A DNA stretch of 64,000 nucleotides from an uncultured Lachnospiraceae bacterium (GTDB lineage: Bacteria > Bacillota > Clostridia > Christensenellales > UBA1242): the NCBI GenBank assembly GCA_964653635.1, contig CAZZGZ010000002.1, positions 794 through 64,793 of the forward strand, written 5' to 3'. The notes beneath the pieces were generated by a model. It made no database searches. It was given only the letters and a program-made list of their open reading frames with translations, and was not told where the DNA came from. Shown here one piece after another: positions 62,823 to 64,000 of this stretch (its first letter is position 1; each line of letters starts with the position of its first letter). A program made the position numbers and the translations under genes.

Positions 62823-64000
62823 ATGAAGAGATTTCAAAAGATAATTATATGCCTAGTGATTATGATTATTTCTGTTGGGGGAATTAGTGCTGTTTTATCT
62901 TTGGCTTTAGCAAAAGATGAAATGTGTGAAACGCAACTTGACACGGATATTGAAAGTTCATCCACTGAGACCGGATATAATATAATAGGAACCAATGTGT
63001 ATATATATGATACAACTGGATTATATGCTTTTGCTGGACTTGTAAATAGTGGGAATGGATTTGAAGGATACACTGTGACGTTGATGAGCAGATATTATGA
63101 TCTATCTTATTCAGTTACTAAAAAATCTTGGACTCCAATCGGAACTCAAGATAAGCCTTTTAGAGGGAGTTTCAATGGCAATTATGCGATTATTGATAAC
63201 ATGAACGTTAGTGGCAATTATATGTATGCAGGTTTCTTTGGAAAGGTAACTCCAAATGCAACGTCAGGGAATCAAACAACATTTAAAAATCTTTATATAC
63301 AAAATGCTACTATAAGTGTTAATCGTAGTAATGGCACATATGCTGGTGGCTTTATTGGAGCACTCAAAGCCACAATTGATAGTAATAGTGAGGCTCAAGG
63401 GCGTGGAAATGTAGAGATTTTTGGAATATATGTAATAGATACAACAATAACAAATGCTACCTGCAAGGGCGGGGTAATTGGTGCTGTTGATAAAGTTGAT
63501 GCTTTATCTGGTACATATAATATTTACGATTGTAATGCCTCAAGGATAAATTTAAGTGGGAATAAGAGTGGTTTATTGCATATGCAAAATTCAACAAACC
63601 ATCAAGACACTTTAGGTTATGAGAATTCAGCGTATAGTGGGGAATATGCTACTGATGATTCAGACGTAATTCAAGAAGTTTCGAAAGCATATGGCAGTGT
63701 GATTGGTGCAGTAATTTTGACAATTGATAAATCCTATGTAAATAGCATGACTGTGAAACTGGACTCTATTGGGTATGAGAGTACAACTTATAAAAGAATA
63801 GGCATGGTTTATATCTTTGAAACATTTTTTAACAATGAAATTTTGAGTAAAACTACTACAATAGCCTTGTTGCCAAAGAACCAAATGAATTCATACATCT
63901 ATAAATTTGGATCAGGTAGCAACCAAGATGTTTGGCCTACTTTCGACGGGGCGACATCCACTAGTTATTTTACTAAGACTTTGTCAGAATATGGGATTCA
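62823..64000 (+). CDS. Secreted/anchored repeat protein with GLUG-like glycine motifs; runs off the 3' end of the window (absent from the ORF track, presumably because no stop codon falls inside the window)
   Basis: My translation is MKRFQKIIICLVIMIISVGGISAVLSLALA... and stays open for 392 codons. Recurring motifs are YAGFFG, YAGGFIGAL, KGGVIGAV and YGSVIGAV. The minus-strand ORFs 62834-63073 and 63660-63884 are antisense shadows. Confidence 0.75.
   Translation, partial: MKRFQKIIICLVIMIISVGGISAVLSLALAKDEMCETQLDTDIESSSTETGYNIIGTNVYIYDTTGLYAFAGLVNSGNGFEGYTVTLMSRYYDLSYSVTKKSWTPIGTQDKPFRGSFNGNYAIIDNMNVSGNYMYAGFFGKVTPNATSGNQTTFKNLYIQNATISVNRSNGTYAGGFIGALKATIDSNSEAQGRGNVEIFGIYVIDTTITNATCKGGVIGAVDKVDALSGTYNIYDCNASRINLSGNKSGLLHMQNSTNHQDTLGYENSAYSGEYATDDSDVIQEVSKAYGSVIGAVILTIDKSYVNSMTVKLDSIGYESTTYKRIGMVYIFETFFNNEILSKTTTIALLPKNQMNSYIYKFGSGSNQDVWPTFDGATSTSYFTKTLSEYGI

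Overview
This is an AT-rich (about one-third G+C by eye) core chromosomal region of a spore-forming Bacillota (Firmicutes) bacterium. It uses the standard genetic code: TGA acts as a stop (for example the hisS/metG ATGA overlap) and Trp is TGG. There are about 50 genes, roughly 80% on the + strand, mostly translation and housekeeping.

Gene content in order:
- 5' end to 16 kb: uppP-like 3' fragment, Ca-type P-type ATPase, holB-ricT-methyltransferase-helD, hisS-metG, ychF-mrnC-rlmB-sigH followed by a divergent MetRS paralog, and an initiator tRNA.
- 16-31 kb: MBL-fold hydrolase, an 801-aa membrane-hairpin coiled-coil orphan, secA, pgm, rpsF-ssb-rpsR, rpmE, a DUF1385::prmC fusion, prfA, argS.
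- 31-48 kb: a small orphan plus two lipoproteins, recD2, a MarR-like gene and cysS, L10 leader-rplJ-rplL, a pnuC-like gene, leuS, and a gerA-type germinant receptor operon.
- 48-64 kb: ftsH, a second P-type ATPase, cca, vanW, a DedA/TVP38-like gene, degV, a LysM micro-ORF, a spoVB-like flippase, DUF421/DUF4363, a lipoprotein, and a GLUG-like surface protein running off the 3' end.

I found no integrase, transposase, CRISPR array, toxin-antitoxin pair or recognisable defence operon. Honestly, this looks like an ordinary core region rather than an accessory island.

Items most worth a second look:
1. The initiator tRNA is followed by three perfect 117-bp tandem units, each regenerating the last 25 nt of the tRNA plus a terminator.
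2. At least seven operon-first genes have a consensus sigma-A-type promoter whose -10 box ends 6-7 nt before the ATG and have no Shine-Dalgarno, which suggests leaderless mRNAs.
3. A MetRS-like paralog with altered HIGH and KMSKS motifs is coupled to sigH.
4. An 801-aa protein has a bilobed hydrophobic hairpin and about 600 aa of coiled coil.
5. Three perfect DnaA-box 9-mers sit inside alternative hairpins after helD.
6. A DUF1385::PrmC fusion carries a poly-lysine insert encoded by nine A7-A9 runs.

All functional calls come from motif recognition by eye; no database search was run.
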